Part shown: in pieces, positions 28,022 through 48,309 of the stretch
Position numbering within the stretch: position 1 is the stretch's first letter
Layout: each line of letters starts with the position of its first letter
DNA from: the human T2T-CHM13v2.0 reference genome, Homo sapiens
NCBI RefSeq assembly: GCF_009914755.1
Contig: NC_060925.1
Strand: one strand, 5' to 3'
Length of the DNA stretch: 64,000 bases
Notes under the pieces: model-generated
Databases searched by the model: none
Told to the model about the DNA's origin: nothing
The model's input: the letters and a program-made list of their open reading frames with translations, nothing else
Program-made: the position numbers and the translations under genes

Positions 28022-31000
28022 GTGAGTCTCAGCCGCCGCGCCTTGCGCCCGCTGCTTCCCGCGTAGCGCTGTCGGTTCCCCACAGGGCCGTGTAAGGGGG
28101 CCGAGGCCCGTTTGGGTCTCCTGTCCGTCCGTCTGTCCGCCGAGCGCTTCCCGCCTGGGGTCGACCACCGGGAGGACTCCGCTCCCCGCACCCTCTGCGG
28201 CCGCGCCCCGCCGGCGCGGGACGCTCCCGCCTCCCGGGCACCGCGCCTGGCCAGCTGGCCTCGGCTGGGGAAGGCAGCTGGCCTTGGGGGCCCCCTGTTG
28301 GCGGGAACAGGTGCTATCCGCCCGGCGGGCTTCGAACCCTTGGCTTCGCCAGAAGCGCTTTCAGCGCGTGGTTAGGAGCAGAACTTCCCAGTAGGTCCCA
28401 GGAAACCACCTTGGCGCTTTGCTCGCGCATCCCTTACTGTATGGAAGTCGGGGCCTTTTAGGGATTTAGATTCGTGTGTGTGTATGTGTGTGTGTCGCTC
28501 TACAAGCAAACACGGGGGTAAAGAATCGGGCATGAGCAAAGTGGATTGAAACTCGAGTCCTTCCCTGAGCGCGTCGGTTTCTTCATCTGTGAAACTGACA
28601 TGACAACGTCCCAGGGTGCGGCGGGGCATTCATGCCCAGCACCCAGCAAGCACTCAGCGGTAAGTTACGTTACCGGGCCTAGGGGAGAGCAGAGTACAAA
28701 TCAGATCTCAAATCAGCGCACAAACGGGAGGCGCTTGGCCCGGCGCGCCTGGTCTGCATTACAGGATAATGGTCTCTTTCCCAACCAGCGGTGGGGGCGA
28801 GAGACCTGGCCCCTCCCCCACGGTTTCCCCAGGGAGCAGCCCGTGGGGTGTCCTGCGCAGCGCTCCGAGGTGCCTGTGACGGTGCATGGGACTGCGGGTC
28901 CTTCCCAACAGCAGGGGAGGTCTGGCTGCTGGGAACCCGGGCGCTGCCGGAGTGGGGTGGGCGGGGACGAGGTGGGCGGGGCAGGGACCCGAACCGGGAG
29001 GTAAGTCAGCGGGTGGAAGGCTTGCCCCTCTAGGACCGGCCGGCTTCTGGCTTTCCTTTTGAATGGGTTACCCGGAGAACAGCTTGTCTAGGGAACTGTT
29101 GGCCCTGGGACCGTGAACAGCTTTCACACCCCGGAAACCTGTCACAAGAGGATCCTGACCTATTGGGACAGAGCCCCTGCCCCTCCAAATATCTCACTCC
29201 ACCAATTGAGAGGTACCCCCAGACTGGGAGAAAAGGCCAAAGAAAGAGAGAGGAGGCTAGTGGTGAACCTGCTCCTCACGGCTTCGGAGCTGACAGCTCT
29301 CTGATGGGGGTCTGGGGCCTGCCCCAGTGACCCAGAGCCCAGAAGCCTCAGGGAGCCCCCAGCCTAGTGAGGGAGTCAGGGATACTCACGACAAGTGTTG
29401 CAGAATTGGCGATACAGTCAGGCCACACCACTTGCTGGCTGTGTGACCTGACCTCTCTGAGCCTCAGCTTCTTCATCTGTAAAATGGGATGATGATCTCC
29501 AAGGGCGAGGTGGGGTATTTATGCCTAGCACATGAAGTATTCTATAGTAAGTTATGTCACAGGGCTTAGACGAGAACAGAAGAAAGGAAATAACTCAGGA
29601 GGTCCTGCTAAGAAAAGAGTATTGGAATATTCATCAGGGAACTGGAGTCCCCCCAGGGAACAGGGGAGGAAGGGTGTCTGGGCAGATCGAACAGCACAGG
29701 CAAAGGCACAGCGACAGGAGAGTGCCTGGGGTGTGCTGGGCTGGGGAAGGTGCTCAGGCAGTGGAGGGTGTGGAAAAGTAAAGGGAATGGAAGGTCCGGA
29801 GTGACCTGGACTGGACAGGTGGGGGCTTTCTTGGAATCATTCAACATATGTTGGCCGAGCACCTTCTGTGGCCAGGCGCTGTTCTAGGTGCTCAACAAAG
29901 ATGAACAACATGGAGAAAGACGTCCCTTTCATTCAAGTTCTCTAAGCAGGGAAGTCGTCTGATCCCATCCATATGTTAAGAAGATAATCCTGGCTGCCTG
30001 GAAGTTGGCGAGGATCCTAGAGAAGACTCCTAGGAGAGAGAGGCTGGCCTGTGGGTTGGTGAGGGCAGTGGGAATGAATGGGGGAGCTGGAGGAGAGGCC
30101 CATACAGGAAGCAGAGAGTAATGTGTGGCCTTCACTCATGACTGTTGGTCAAGGGTAAGATTCTGGGGTTCTACATGAGGCCCAAACTGCCAGCCTGGTC
30201 TCCTGCCAGAGAGAAGTAGTGAGTGAGTGTCTGGGGTATTGGCAGGACCCAAGCCCCTCCAGCTGCGACTCTCCGGCTCGCTGGCTCCAGATGTCACGAG
30301 GCCTGGGAGTTTCTCTGTCTGCGTGAGGGATGGGAAAGCTGGAGGCAGAGGCCAGCTGGAGCTTCTGGGGCTCCCGTTTTAATAGGTTGTGTTTCTGGTC
30401 AACGTTCCTCCCTCCCTCTGCAGGCCTGGCTGTAAACCCCTCAGGCTTCTTGGGCTGGAAGAGGCCAGAGTGTGAGGAGCTTTAGTGTGGATTCTCTTCC
30501 TCCAGCCCCAAATTAAGGTGGGAGTCATGCAAAAGAGAAGCATTGTCTCCCTCGGTGCTGGGAAAGTTTCAGAAGCTCAGGTGTCTTCTGACTTGGGATG
30601 TGGTATGGGGGCTGCTGACTTTTGCTTTCACTTTTGTTTCTGCTCTGAAGCTGGGAGGAATCCTCCTCTTGCAGCGAAAGCTGTGAGAATATCCTTCTCC
30701 ATGCTTCAAGTCTCCCTTTGCTTGGAGGGAAAAGGAAGGTCCTAGAATGTCTCAGGTGGAGGGGACCTTCAGGTCATCAGAGACATCATTCTCATTTGAC
30801 AAACAAAACTCAGAGAGGGGATGGGACTTACCCAAGGACACACAACAGTTCAGCAGCAGAACTGGGACTGGAACCCAGCCCTCCTGACTCCCTTCTAGGG
30901 CCCTTTACTTTAACCCAGGAGACCTGGCCACATTCGGGACCAAGACTGTTTTGGGCCCCAGGTTTCTCAACCTCTCAGTCTTTCAAGCGGCTTCATAGAG

Positions 31001-32032
31001 TTGAGCTCCTCCCCAGCCTGGACAGGTGGTGCAGCCTCCCCTGCCAATGTTTTATTCTCCCTTCCTCTGGATTGAGCCCTCGCTGCCATGGCCACCCCTC
31101 CTGGGAGCTCTTGCTCCTGAGAAAGAAAACAGGCCGTTTGTTTGGAAGAAACAAGCCACCTGTTTGGTTTCCCAATACCAGGCCACACAGCCCTGTCCCT
31201 CCCAGACAGCCCCAAGATGCTGACCAGAGATAGCCCTCTGAGGGTCTCTGCTGAGCTCCCCTGACCCTCGACTCCTCCCCTCAGCTCCCGTCTCAAGACT
31301 GCTGGTTGGTCCTCACCTTCTGTCTGTGGTGTTTACTTGGGCGGAGCAACCTAAAGTCTCCACATTCTCTCTTGCCCTGGATTTATCAGACTTAGCAGCC
31401 CTTAAACCTGAATGCGTAGCTTCAGATCTTAGAATATCGGGGCCAGAGGGATCTTAGCCATCAGAAAATCCACTCTGCTTATTTGACAACTGGGGAGACC
31501 AAGACCCAGGGAAGAGGAGATTTGCCTGAGATCACAGCCAGGACCAGAACCCGAGGTTCCAGAGTTTGTCTTGAATGATTTTGAGGATGATTCTTGAAAA
31601 ACAAAACAGGGCACCCTCCCCCTCCAAGATCCCCTTTCTGTCTGCACTTCACACTACCAGGTGTTTTTGTGGCATCCGTGGTGACATGGTCAGGAGGAGT
31701 AAGGGCCAAGGGTCCTGAAAGATGAGGTGTGCACATTGAGGAGTGTGTCTGCGCATTTCCAGGTCCTGTCTGTTCAAACTGGCATTAACACCACGGCATG
31801 AGCTAGTGAGTGCATTTATCTGGCACTCCCTTAGCCAGACTTGATAATGTGTCTTTGGATGGCAGGCTTTTAAAGTTGTCTTCGTCCACAGATTACAAAA
31901 GAAGTAGGTGCTCCTTGTAAAAACGAGCAGATGACATCGTGAAGGCTGGCGACCACTGTTAATATGGTGGCGTTTTATTCAGGTTTTTGTTTGCTGAGCT
32001 GTTTCATGTCCTGGTTTGTTGTTGTTGCTTTT

Positions 32033-32158
32033 GAAAAAATAGAGACAAGGTCTCTGTGTGTTGCCCAGGTTAGTCTTGAACTCCTGGGCTCAAGTGATCC
32101 TCCCACCTCAGCCTCCCAAAGTGCTGGGATTCCAGGCAAGAGCCACTATGCCCAGCCC
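32033..32158 (-). mobile_element. FLAM/Alu left monomer
   Basis: GAACTCCTGGGCTCAAGTGATCCTCCCACC. Confidence 0.85.
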
Positions 32159-33559
32159 GTATCCTGGTTTTTCAACTCGTCATTACAGTGCCTGTTATCT
32201 TCATGAGATAATGTGAGTGACTTCACGCAGGATCTAACCTGTAGGTCTCACGTGCTTCCACCCCTTGATGGCTAGCAGGTATTCCCTTGGCCAAAACCCT
32301 GTGACGCTGTGCAAAGTGCAAAGACGTTTCCAATTCACCACTGTGGGAGTCCAGAGGGCCGTTTTTCTGCATCACCATGGGGTTTGGGAAAGCAATTCTC
32401 TCTGAACTCTTAGAAATGGAAGCCACGGGCCATCTGGGTGTGATGCGTGTGACCCAAATTCATACAGAGGGAGGGAGACAGCTTTGTTTCTTCTGACTTT
32501 TATGTGTTTATTTTTGCTGTGTTTGTTTTAACCCATCCAAGTGCCGCCACCCCACCATCACTGCCCCTTGCCCCAAATCTCCCTGGGATTAGGCATGGGG
32601 TTAGGCAAGTTGCAGGTCTCTAGAAAAATCGGTATTTGGCATGCTCATCTCCAAACCCTGGCTCTTGCAGAGTAGGCGTTTCAATAGCAAAGATGTGCAG
32701 AGAATTTGTTTCCTAATCGGTGATTCAGGTAGGACACCCCACTCTGGGAACAGGATGGGGCGGGGTCTCTGTCTCTCTCTACCAGGATCACAGCTTTGTT
32801 AATGCCATAAATCATCAGTACTGGAAGTACTCGTATCTTGGGGATTTTCTAAGCTCATGTTCACAGAATGGACAGCCACTTATTAGTGGATTTGAGCATC
32901 GTTGAGTGGTTTTCCGCTGGATTTTTAAAAGTGAAGTAGAAGACAGTGGACTAGAAAATAGCATGCATTTCCTGTCACGAGAAATATTCCTTAGTAAAAC
33001 TTTCAGTTATCTGTTTGTGGATGTGCACTGAGTCACTAGGTAAAAACGTCTCTCCTCCTGCATGGTAAGAACCTTGCGCAATGTAGCTCCGGTTATACTG
33101 TGATCCTGGGAAACCTTGGATGGGTCCTAGAAGCAACTCAGGGGTTTGCAGGGACAGAGCTGAGTGGTGGAGGCAGGGCCGACAGGAAGGAAGCTCGGCT
33201 TATGCTAAGGATACAAAACATCCACTTTTAAAACTCTGTGACTTTAAAAATAAAACAGAAAGTTGGAAGCCATTGTTCGTCTAGCCTCCTCAATTCCTAG
33301 AAGAAACTGAGGCCACAAAACAGAGGCTGGGGCCTTTGCTGCAGGGGAGGTAGCACTCAGGCCTCACATTGAGGAGAATCTGCAGATGTAGACCCTTGAC
33401 CCCTCCACAAATGAGCGACTCAAAACACACGTTCACGGTGCAGCCTGTGACCCCCATAGGCCTCACTGTTGCGTGCACTAGGAATTCATGTTTATCCTAA
33501 AGCCTGTCACTCTCGTGCCAACAACCCAATTTATATTGCTGAGATGCACAAAGCATTAA

Positions 33560-33900
<341 letters not shown>

Positions 33901-34329
33901 TTCTTCTTTTTTTAATGTCCCCAGAGCTTTACCAATGGAAGCTTCCCAGGCCCATCCCCTGGCCTGAGAGGCCTTTGAGATGATAAGCCCAGGGTCACCA
34001 AATCCTGGCAGAACCTGGCAGAATGAGAACTCACCACAGGGAGCAAGTTCTTTTTTTTAAGATCGTGGACTCACATGATGTGCAGTTCTGGATGTCTCCA
34101 GGAGGTTTTGCTATTTCCTCAACAGGTAAAATTAGGTGGCTCTAAATCTTGGGCAATTTTATGTCTTTTCCATGTTTTTCTCCTCACATGTGGTCTAGGG
34201 AGGGGTGTAGAGAAGCAGGTGGAATTTACTTGCCTTACCTTATCCTACCTTTTCCTGGAACCCACAGGTTGGGCCTGTGCTGGTTAGGGTGTGGGGCATG
34301 ATTTGTTGATATTTGGTGAGGGAAAATGA

Positions 34330-34636
<307 letters not shown>

Positions 34637-35289
34637 CAAGAACATGATTTTAAAAAACAAAACAAACACTCAAACTTTCTTAAGTTACCATAAGAGGCCT
34701 CACATACAGCTTCCTTAAAACTGCCTGCAATTTGGAGAGAAGCAGTTAGGTACTGGAACTGCCTGTGGGTAATTATTGTTTTCAAACAGTGACAGATGCA
34801 AATTCTCTTCTTTTGGGGGAAATTGCCTGTAGCTAAACACCGGCGCCATCACTTTAAACAAATCTCCTGATACATATGGTATGCCAGGCGCTGAGCCCAG
34901 GAACGAGGGAGAGTCAGCCCCCGCCCCCCACCCCGATGGAGCTGATCCCCCACGGGAGGCAGCAGGGATTGTACCTTAACAACATGTGAATAAAGATGAG
35001 GAAGCACAGCCCATGAAGGAGGAGGCTTAACCCAAACTTGGAGAGTCAGGAAGGATTTTCAGAAAGAGTGCAGTCTGAGCTGAAATGGGGAGCGGGGAGG
35101 GCAGGTGCAGCCGCCACCGCCAAAGGTCTTCCTGGTGGAGGCAACTGCCTGTGCAAAGGCCTCAAGGTGTAAAAGAGCTTCGTTAACACAGGCCAATACT
35201 GAGTGTAGAAACGCTGCACTCAGGGCAGATGCTGAAGGCAGAGGTGGAAAAAGTATTTTATATAGTTTCTTCTTAAAAGTCATTTTGGG

Positions 35290-35580
35290 GGCTGGGCATG
35301 GTGGCTCATACCTGTAATCCCAGCACTTTGGGAGGCCAAAGCAGGTGGATTGCTTGAGGTCAGGAGTTCACGACTAGCCTGGCCAACATGGTGAAACCCC
35401 ATCTCTACTAAAAATAGAAAAATTACCCGGTATGGTGGCAGGTGCCTGTAATCCCAGCTACTCAGGAGGCTGACCACAGGAATCGCTTGAACCTGGAAAG
35501 CAGAGGTTGCAGTGAGCCGAGATCGTGCCACTGAACTCCAGCCTGGGCAACAGAGTGAGACTCATCTCAAAAAAACAAAA
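35290..35580 (+). mobile_element. Alu
   Basis: TSD AAAAGTCATTTT. Confidence 0.95.
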
Positions 35581-35589
35581 GTCATTTTT

Positions 35590-37105
<1,516 letters not shown>

Positions 37106-37774
37106 TTGGTGGGTGGGGGAGTCATTTTGGAAACAAGACTCAGATAGTCATTTGGCCATATCATTGCGTTCTCTCTACAGACCAGGTGTTCTTCCAGGCT
37201 TTGCGGGGAAACGGTGCCTAAGACAGGCTCAGTTCCTGCCCTCTTGGAGCTTACACCTTATTAGGCAGCAGGGAGGAGTCAGTCAAGTAGGAAACCAACA
37301 AGTAAAATAACAAATCAATAACATGTCAAATGCACTGATCTGAAATCTTTGCCCCTTCCCTATGCTGGCAGGATCAAGCCAAGGCTAAGCTCTTTAACTT
37401 TCAACACTATAAAGCCCGGACTTCTTAGAGTCAGCCTCTGTTAATCTTTCCAGACCTATTACTGCTGCCTTACCCCCACTTCAACTGCATCAGTCACAAG
37501 GAACTACTTTCCACCCCCACCTACCTCGTACCCCTGCTCAAAGCCAGGAACTTTGGCGGCTTTTTTCCTTCCTGTTCTTTCTGCTTTTCTTTCTAGACTG
37601 CCCAGAGGCTTTAGAAAACACCATAATTTCAATTCTAGAAGTTTATCCTAAGAAAACAGTTAATGAGTATAAGGAGTTAGTTTCGAGACTGTTATTTTTT
37701 GTAATAATAGCAACAAAATTAGAAAGCCATTTTGTTTTTAATCTGTCCAGAGATGGTCCTAGCCACGACCCTTT

Positions 37775-38690
<916 letters not shown>

Positions 38691-38699
38691 ATGAGAGCG

Positions 38700-40220
<1,521 letters not shown>

Positions 40221-40500
40221 ACTGTTATTGATAACACCTTCTCCTCCCATTTGGAACTTTAATGACCTGTGCTGAAGACCCATAGGCTTGTTATGCATCC
40301 CACAGGGATTACTGCCAGGCAAGGTGCTTTGGGAACTGTAGAGAGCTTTGAAGACATCAGCTGCCACTCCTGGTGGTTGGTTTACCCTTCAAACTTCGAG
40401 TATCTAGGCCTCCCTTCTGAGACTTAGGAAGCTGAGATAGGAGCATGGTGGAAGCCACAGCAGCCGACTCATAGGCAACTGTGAGAAAATACTCACCCAA

Positions 40501-40800
40501 GGCTGGGCACGGTGGCTCACACTGTAATCCCAGCACTTTGGGAGGCCAAGGCCGGTGGATCACTTGAGGTCAGGAATTTGAGACCAGCCTGACCAACGTG
40601 GTGAAACCCCGTCTCTACTAAAAATACAAAATTAGCTGGGTGTGGTGGCAGGTACCTGTAATCCCAGATACTCAGGAGGCTAAGGCAGGAGAACCCCTTG
40701 AACCCAGGAGGCGGAGGTTGTAGTGAGCCAAGATCAGAGCACTACACTCTAGTCTGGATGACAGAGTGAGACTCTATCTCAAAAAAAGAAAGAAAAGAAA
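40501..40800 (+). mobile_element. Alu (Sx-like)
   Basis: TSD GAAAATACTC(A/G)CCCA. Confidence 0.95.
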
Positions 40801-40819
40801 ATACTCGCCCAGCATTGTA

Positions 40820-41665
<846 letters not shown>

Positions 41666-44408
41666 ATGACTAAACTTAGGAGGTTAGGGCCAGTTCCTCC
41701 AGCCAGCACCAGGGCTATGCAGGGACCTAATGAAACATTGATAATATCCTCCCCTCCCATTTGGAACTTCAGTGACCTATGTTGAAGACCCGGTGAAACC
41801 ATCTGTCTTTTCTGGAGTGATGCTTTCACTTTGCCAGCTGATGTGGGTTTCACCCTGCTGGTAGGAGGTTGACCACCTCCCCATTGATGACTCTCCGTTT
41901 CCCATATCACAGGCATGGAAATGACAATGAGTAGTGATCGTTCTTAACTTAAATAACTTTTTCATTAACTCTTTTTCTTTAATTAGGAAACTAATATATG
42001 CACATGGTATAAAAAAATCAAATGGTGTAAAAGGATGTCCAATGAAAAAATATACATCTCCCTCTCATTCCAGGCTCCCAGTCCCTTATACGAGCGTAGC
42101 CACCATCTGCTATTTCTTGTATATACTTCTAGAAATTGTCTCTGCATATAATGATGCTTTTAGATGCTGCTTTTAGATGTTTGCCTGGTCATCAAAGCAA
42201 TAAAGTATTATAGTGGTCAGGATCATTATGAAATTGTTGGGTAATTTCAAACTTGTAATAACTCCTATGAGGGTCCTCAATCACCTTTAAGGACCCACTA
42301 ACCACCTGAAATGGTCTGTCAAGCATTCTCTGTCAAGTATTCTATCTCTGCATTTTTCTGTGGCAGGTCAGTAGCTTTCATCAGATTCTCAAAGGGGTCT
42401 GTGCACCAAAAGAAAGAAGGGGAATGGGGAAGAAAAGAAGGAAGGAAGGACTGTAGAGGCAATCTTTTACAGACAAATGGTAGATAAATGTATAATGAGC
42501 TTGGATACATCTGCAATTAGCTGTAACTCAGAATGTATAAGTTCCAATTTTATGTATTATTGCCCCTTGGTTTTATGATTGGAAGCTGGTAGAACCACTG
42601 ATTTAACAGCATAGGCTGTTTTGTCTTGGGCTAAGAGGAACTGTGCCTGGCTGAGCCAAGAGAGACGAAGGCCATGGAGTTCTTCAACCTTGCCTGTGTG
42701 TTTGTACTGACTCACTGCATCTGAGGAAGTCTGTTGGTAGCTTAGAACACGCGTACTGTCTCTCCCAGGGTGAGCCAGTGACTGGGAACGTCTCACAGAA
42801 AGGAGCAGACAAACTTGCTTCCCACAAGAGGGCTTCAGGCTGAAAAATATTCAAGAAGAGTTTAGGGGAATTCCTGGGAGTCAGAGCCATATCCGGCTCA
42901 TGATAAAAGTTACAGATATTTGGGGACTACCCTTATTAGAGTCAATATCTGGAGTTGGAGTGGGGAGCAACTAAGCTTTCCCATCACTCTTAAGTCATTT
43001 GATGCTCAAAACAGTTCTATGTTAGGGAAACCGAGGCAGGAGTATGCTAGCTACATACAGTGCAAACTACCCCACATCTGAAGGACTTAAGGCACTCCAG
43101 TTACATTTTCATATATTGGGTGGGAAGGTGGGGTCTTGGCTCCACACAGTCATTCAGAGACCCAGGCTTCTATCTTTAGCACTTCCTCTCCAAGAGTTTA
43201 GTGAGCTAATAACAGGGCCCACAGCTAGAAAGTGAGGGAGTCGGGATTTGAACCCAGCCAGTCTCATTCTGAACTATGATGCTATGGTGAGAAACAATAG
43301 TACTGGCATCTAACTAGATCTACCTGGCATGTAACTTCAGAACTGGGAAGTGGGAGATAACTTGGGATTCTGAGGAACATTTGTTCCTTGTTGCCAAGGA
43401 ATCAAGCTCTTCTTTTTAAGGAGTGAGATGGGTAAATCTGAGAGACTTTTTTTTTTTACTTTGTCTTCAGGTGAGAATTTTCAGATTCAACACATAAAAA
43501 TGAGAGCCTTTTCCCTCCAAAAGTTTGCCCCTGAAATAAATGTGCGTGAGACTATGTTGCCTGGTGCTTGGGTCTTTTCATTAGCAAATATCAACCCCCA
43601 AAAGCTGATCGCCCTTCCACCATGTTACTGCTCATTGCAGGGAGGAAGTTTGAGACATTTCAGCAACCTGATTAAAAGATTTTTTCCCAGTTGAAATGTC
43701 TTCTTGTAGAAACAACCCAAATGTCCCATAAAAGCCTATGGTTTCTACAAGGTTATACAAGGGGAACACCACATGGCCATTCAACATGGCAATGACACAG
43801 AAGGCTCTGAAAGACATAGAAAGATGAGTCTAGTGTGCCAATGTAAAAAGGCAGATTACGAAGCTGTCCATTTTTTATTTCAAAATTCCCTAATACGCAA
43901 AGAATAAAAATTTGACTATTTACTATAATGTTTCTAATGTTTATTCCTAACAGATTACAAGTAATTTTTATTCCCTTTCTCCCTGTCTTCTCTTTTCTAA
44001 CCTGTACTTTCTGAGTTTCCCACAGAGAAACATGTATGACTTCGTATTAAAGTAACAGCTTTAAGTTCAAATGGTCCTAATGATCTGGGTGACCTTGAGC
44101 CATGGCTCACTTTCTCGAAATGGGGAGAATAGTTTTAGGATGTTGTGAAGATTCAACTATAAATGTACTTAAAACAGTACATGCTCAATACATTTTTAGG
44201 TGTTACTGTCATAATTATTTTTGAAAATCTTTCCATTCTAGTAAGTCCATTCCAAATCCAAGCCAAACACACCTGAGAGTCGTGGGGCTTTATCTCAGAA
44301 TGCCTGGGAGTACAGACCCATGAGCAAGCCAACTTCCTCCTTTCCCTCCTCTCCCCCGGCCCTCTGCTGCAGGGCAAGGTAAAGCTAGGTGCCTGGGATA
44401 CTGCTGGG

Positions 44409-44676
44409 TTTTTTTTTTATCTTTTTTTTTTTTTTGAGATGGAGTCACTGCAACCTCCGCCTTCCAGTTTCAAGCGATTCTCCTGCCTCAGCCTCCTGAG
44501 TAGCTGGGATTACAGGTGCGCACCACCACGCCCGGCTAATTTTTGTATTTTTTGGTAGAAACGGGGTTTTGCCATGTTGCCCAGACTGGTATCAAACTCC
44601 CAGGCTCAAGTGATCTGCCCACCTCAGGCTCCCAAAGTGCTGGGATTATAGGCGTGAGTCACCACCACACCTGGCC
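44409..44676 (-). mobile_element. Alu with right-arm deletion
   Basis: GAGATGGAGTC joined directly to ACTGCAACCTCC. Confidence 0.9.
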
Positions 44677-44694
44677 TATTTTAACCATTTTTAA

Positions 44695-45051
<357 letters not shown>

Positions 45052-45079
45052 TAGAGGCAGGTTTTCTAAATGCTTGCAT

Positions 45080-45300
45080 GAGTGGTTCTCCATCTTCAGC
45101 TTGTGTTAGAATCCTCTGGGGTGGGGGGCTTGTTAAAACATAGATTGCTGGGTCCTCCCTCCTCCTCCACCCCCCGCCACATCCCCCACCCCCAGTTGCT
45201 GATTCAGTAGGTCTGAGTGGGGCCCCAGGATTTGCATTTCTAACCAGCTCCTGGGTGACGCTGATGCTGTTGATTTGGGGCCACGCCTGGAAGACCGCTG
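45080..45300. mobile_element. MER5A-like DNA transposon
   Basis: AGTGGTTCTC...GATTCAGTAGGTCTG...TTTGCATTTCTAAC. Confidence 0.75.
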
Positions 45301-46056
45301 TTTGAGATCAAAAGGTTTGCAGGTCAGAGTGGATGACGGCATCCTTCCAGGTCAATGAGAGAAGCCAAACTTCTATGACCTATGAGATAAGGGGTTTGTT
45401 ATAGGAATTAGATCTTATGCATTCATAGGGGGGGCGGCAGAAAGGAAGGTGGAAGAGTTGCCGGGGACCAGGGGCATCGCCACCTGGCCCTGGGTACACG
45501 GGCAAACTGGTGGAGAAGTCTGCAGCCAGCCGTTGTCTGGTCCATCCCCAGCCAAGTGTCCGCGGGGGGGCCTGGGCTGCTGTTGGTTAACAGGACCAGC
45601 AGTCAGGAGAAAGAGCTGGATGCAGAATGGAGGACAGGCTCGAATGTGCTGGAACCCACGGGGCTGTCTCTCACCTCATCCAATCATGATGACCTCTAAA
45701 GTGTAATGGTCGCTGCTTCACTTCCATCTCCCAGCTTTCCACAGATTCCTCTTTTGACCAATTATAACCCAGAACCAGTCAGAGAAGGGGATTCTGGGAA
45801 AAGTAGTTCCAGCTTAACCAAGCCCGCACAGCAGGAACTACCACAGCTGATCAATCAGTCCTTGCCGCGGAACCTCCTCCTTGAACCCACAGGTGGTTTC
45901 TGGGGCTCTGCTGGGGGTTCCCTGACTCTCTTGACAGGACCTTCTAGCAGAAACAGATGTGGTCCATCCCAACAACCCCTTGCTCAGATCATCAGCTGAG
46001 AACTTAATAAAAGCAGATTCCCAGGCCCCAGCCCAGGCCTGCCGAGTCAGACTTCA

Positions 46057-46600
<544 letters not shown>

Positions 46601-46709
46601 TAAGTGAACTCTGGGGCTAGACAGCCACGGGTTAGAATTCTGGTTCCACCACGTGCCAGCTTTGTGATCCTGAGCAAGTGACTTAACCCTTTATGATCCT
46701 ATATTGTCT

Positions 46710-47065
46710 ACAAGAGTTCCTCCTTTTCTATCATTTCACTCTCCACTGTTTCAGTTACCCATAGCCAACTACAATCTGAAAATATTAAATGGAAAATTCC
46801 GGAAAGATATGATTCATAAGTTTTAAATTGCATCCCATTCTGAGTAGTGTGATGAAATCTCACACTGTCCCACTCTGTCCTGCTCCAGACGTGAATCGTC
46901 TCTTTGTCCAGCAGATGGGTGCTGTCGACACTACCTGCTCATTGGTCACTTAGGAGCGGTCTGGGTTATCAGATCAGAAAACGTCGTCGTTATGTGTAAG
47001 GTCGGGTGCTGTCTGTTGTTTCAGGCATCCACTGGGGGTCTTGGAACGTATCCCCCGAGGATATG
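46710..47065 (+). mobile_element. MER44-like Tigger/TcMar DNA transposon inserted in a MIR
   Basis: GAAAATATTAAATGGAAAATTCC...GGGGTCTTGGAACGTATCCCCC. Confidence 0.8.
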
Positions 47066-47269
47066 TACTCAGCTGTTAAATGGGCTCAATGCCTACCTTT
47101 TTCATGGAGGGTTGTGGGAACCGAATGAGGCCATGTGTAATAAACTTCTGGCAGGTGAAATATTATTGTGCTTAATCCAGTTAATAGTTGTGCCTGGACA
47201 TGCCTAGGGAGTAGGTCAGATGGGCCCAGCATCTCCTCTTTCTGCTTAGGAATCTGGGGTTTAACCTGA

Positions 47270-47585
<316 letters not shown>

Positions 47586-48309
47586 TGATAGTATTCTTAA
47601 CACAGATTGTTTTCCTGCCATCATGAAAACTAGACTTGCTTTAAAGTCTTTAGAGTCTCAGTTCATATTCCAGGCATTGTTTTACATAAATATCATCTGT
47701 TTATTTTTTCTTTAAGCAAATTTCACAAACTCCATCTAAAAAAAAAAAAACACAAACAAAATTCATCTGTCAAAGAAGAGCCTTTCAACTTCTAGTTCTG
47801 TTTATCTAAAAACACCCTTTCTTCAACCTGGAATCTTGGACATTTTGCCACATGCTGAACGTTTCTATGAATTTCTTTTTGTGTCTGTCACCTTGACGTT
47901 AGTTGTCACCTTAACTAGGTAAGACTTAGGTTGTGGTCTGCATGAGTAGAACAAGCTAGTTTTTCAAGAAAGCAAGTTGGAAGGTTTCATAACACCTGCT
48001 CTTCAATGGGTTAAGGCAGTGCTCCGGGGCCAGGCCATCTGATAAAGGGAGTGGTAACTTTGAAGTGTGGCTTATAAAGAAGCTGTTATTTCCACAGCAA
48101 GCGAAAGCAGCAGTAAAGAAAACAGGGTTTTGCAGTTCCGCTGGAAGGAGGTTGGGGAAGGTCAGAAATCAGGGCGGGAACTTCGAGAGCAGCTGTCAGC
48201 ACTGGGCAAAGGCTGAGACAGGTGAGCATTGGGCATCTCTGAATGACATGCAGGGTTCTGTGCCTTAGACACACTTCTGTAGCCTTCGTTGATAGAATCC
48301 CATCATTTT

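Larger units (their letters stand above)
26400..29060. promoter_or_regulatory. TMEM51: CpG-island promoter, probably bidirectional (tentatively TMEM51 / TMEM51-AS1)
   Basis: Very high GC and CpG; GC boxes at about 26833, 27325 and 28969-28982; E-box CACGTG at 26469; AP-1 TGACTCA at 27185; several splice donors; no Alu from 23.8 to 32.0 kb. The island is certain; the gene name is from recalled locus layout and is unverified. Confidence 0.6.

Noticed and set aside
26699-29033. Long overlapping ORFs on both strands (for example 212 aa at 27553-28191 and 193 aa at 27485-28066)
   Set aside because: Pro/Arg/Gly/Ala-rich shadow ORFs expected in a stop-poor CpG island; no domain similarity; many lack a true ATG start
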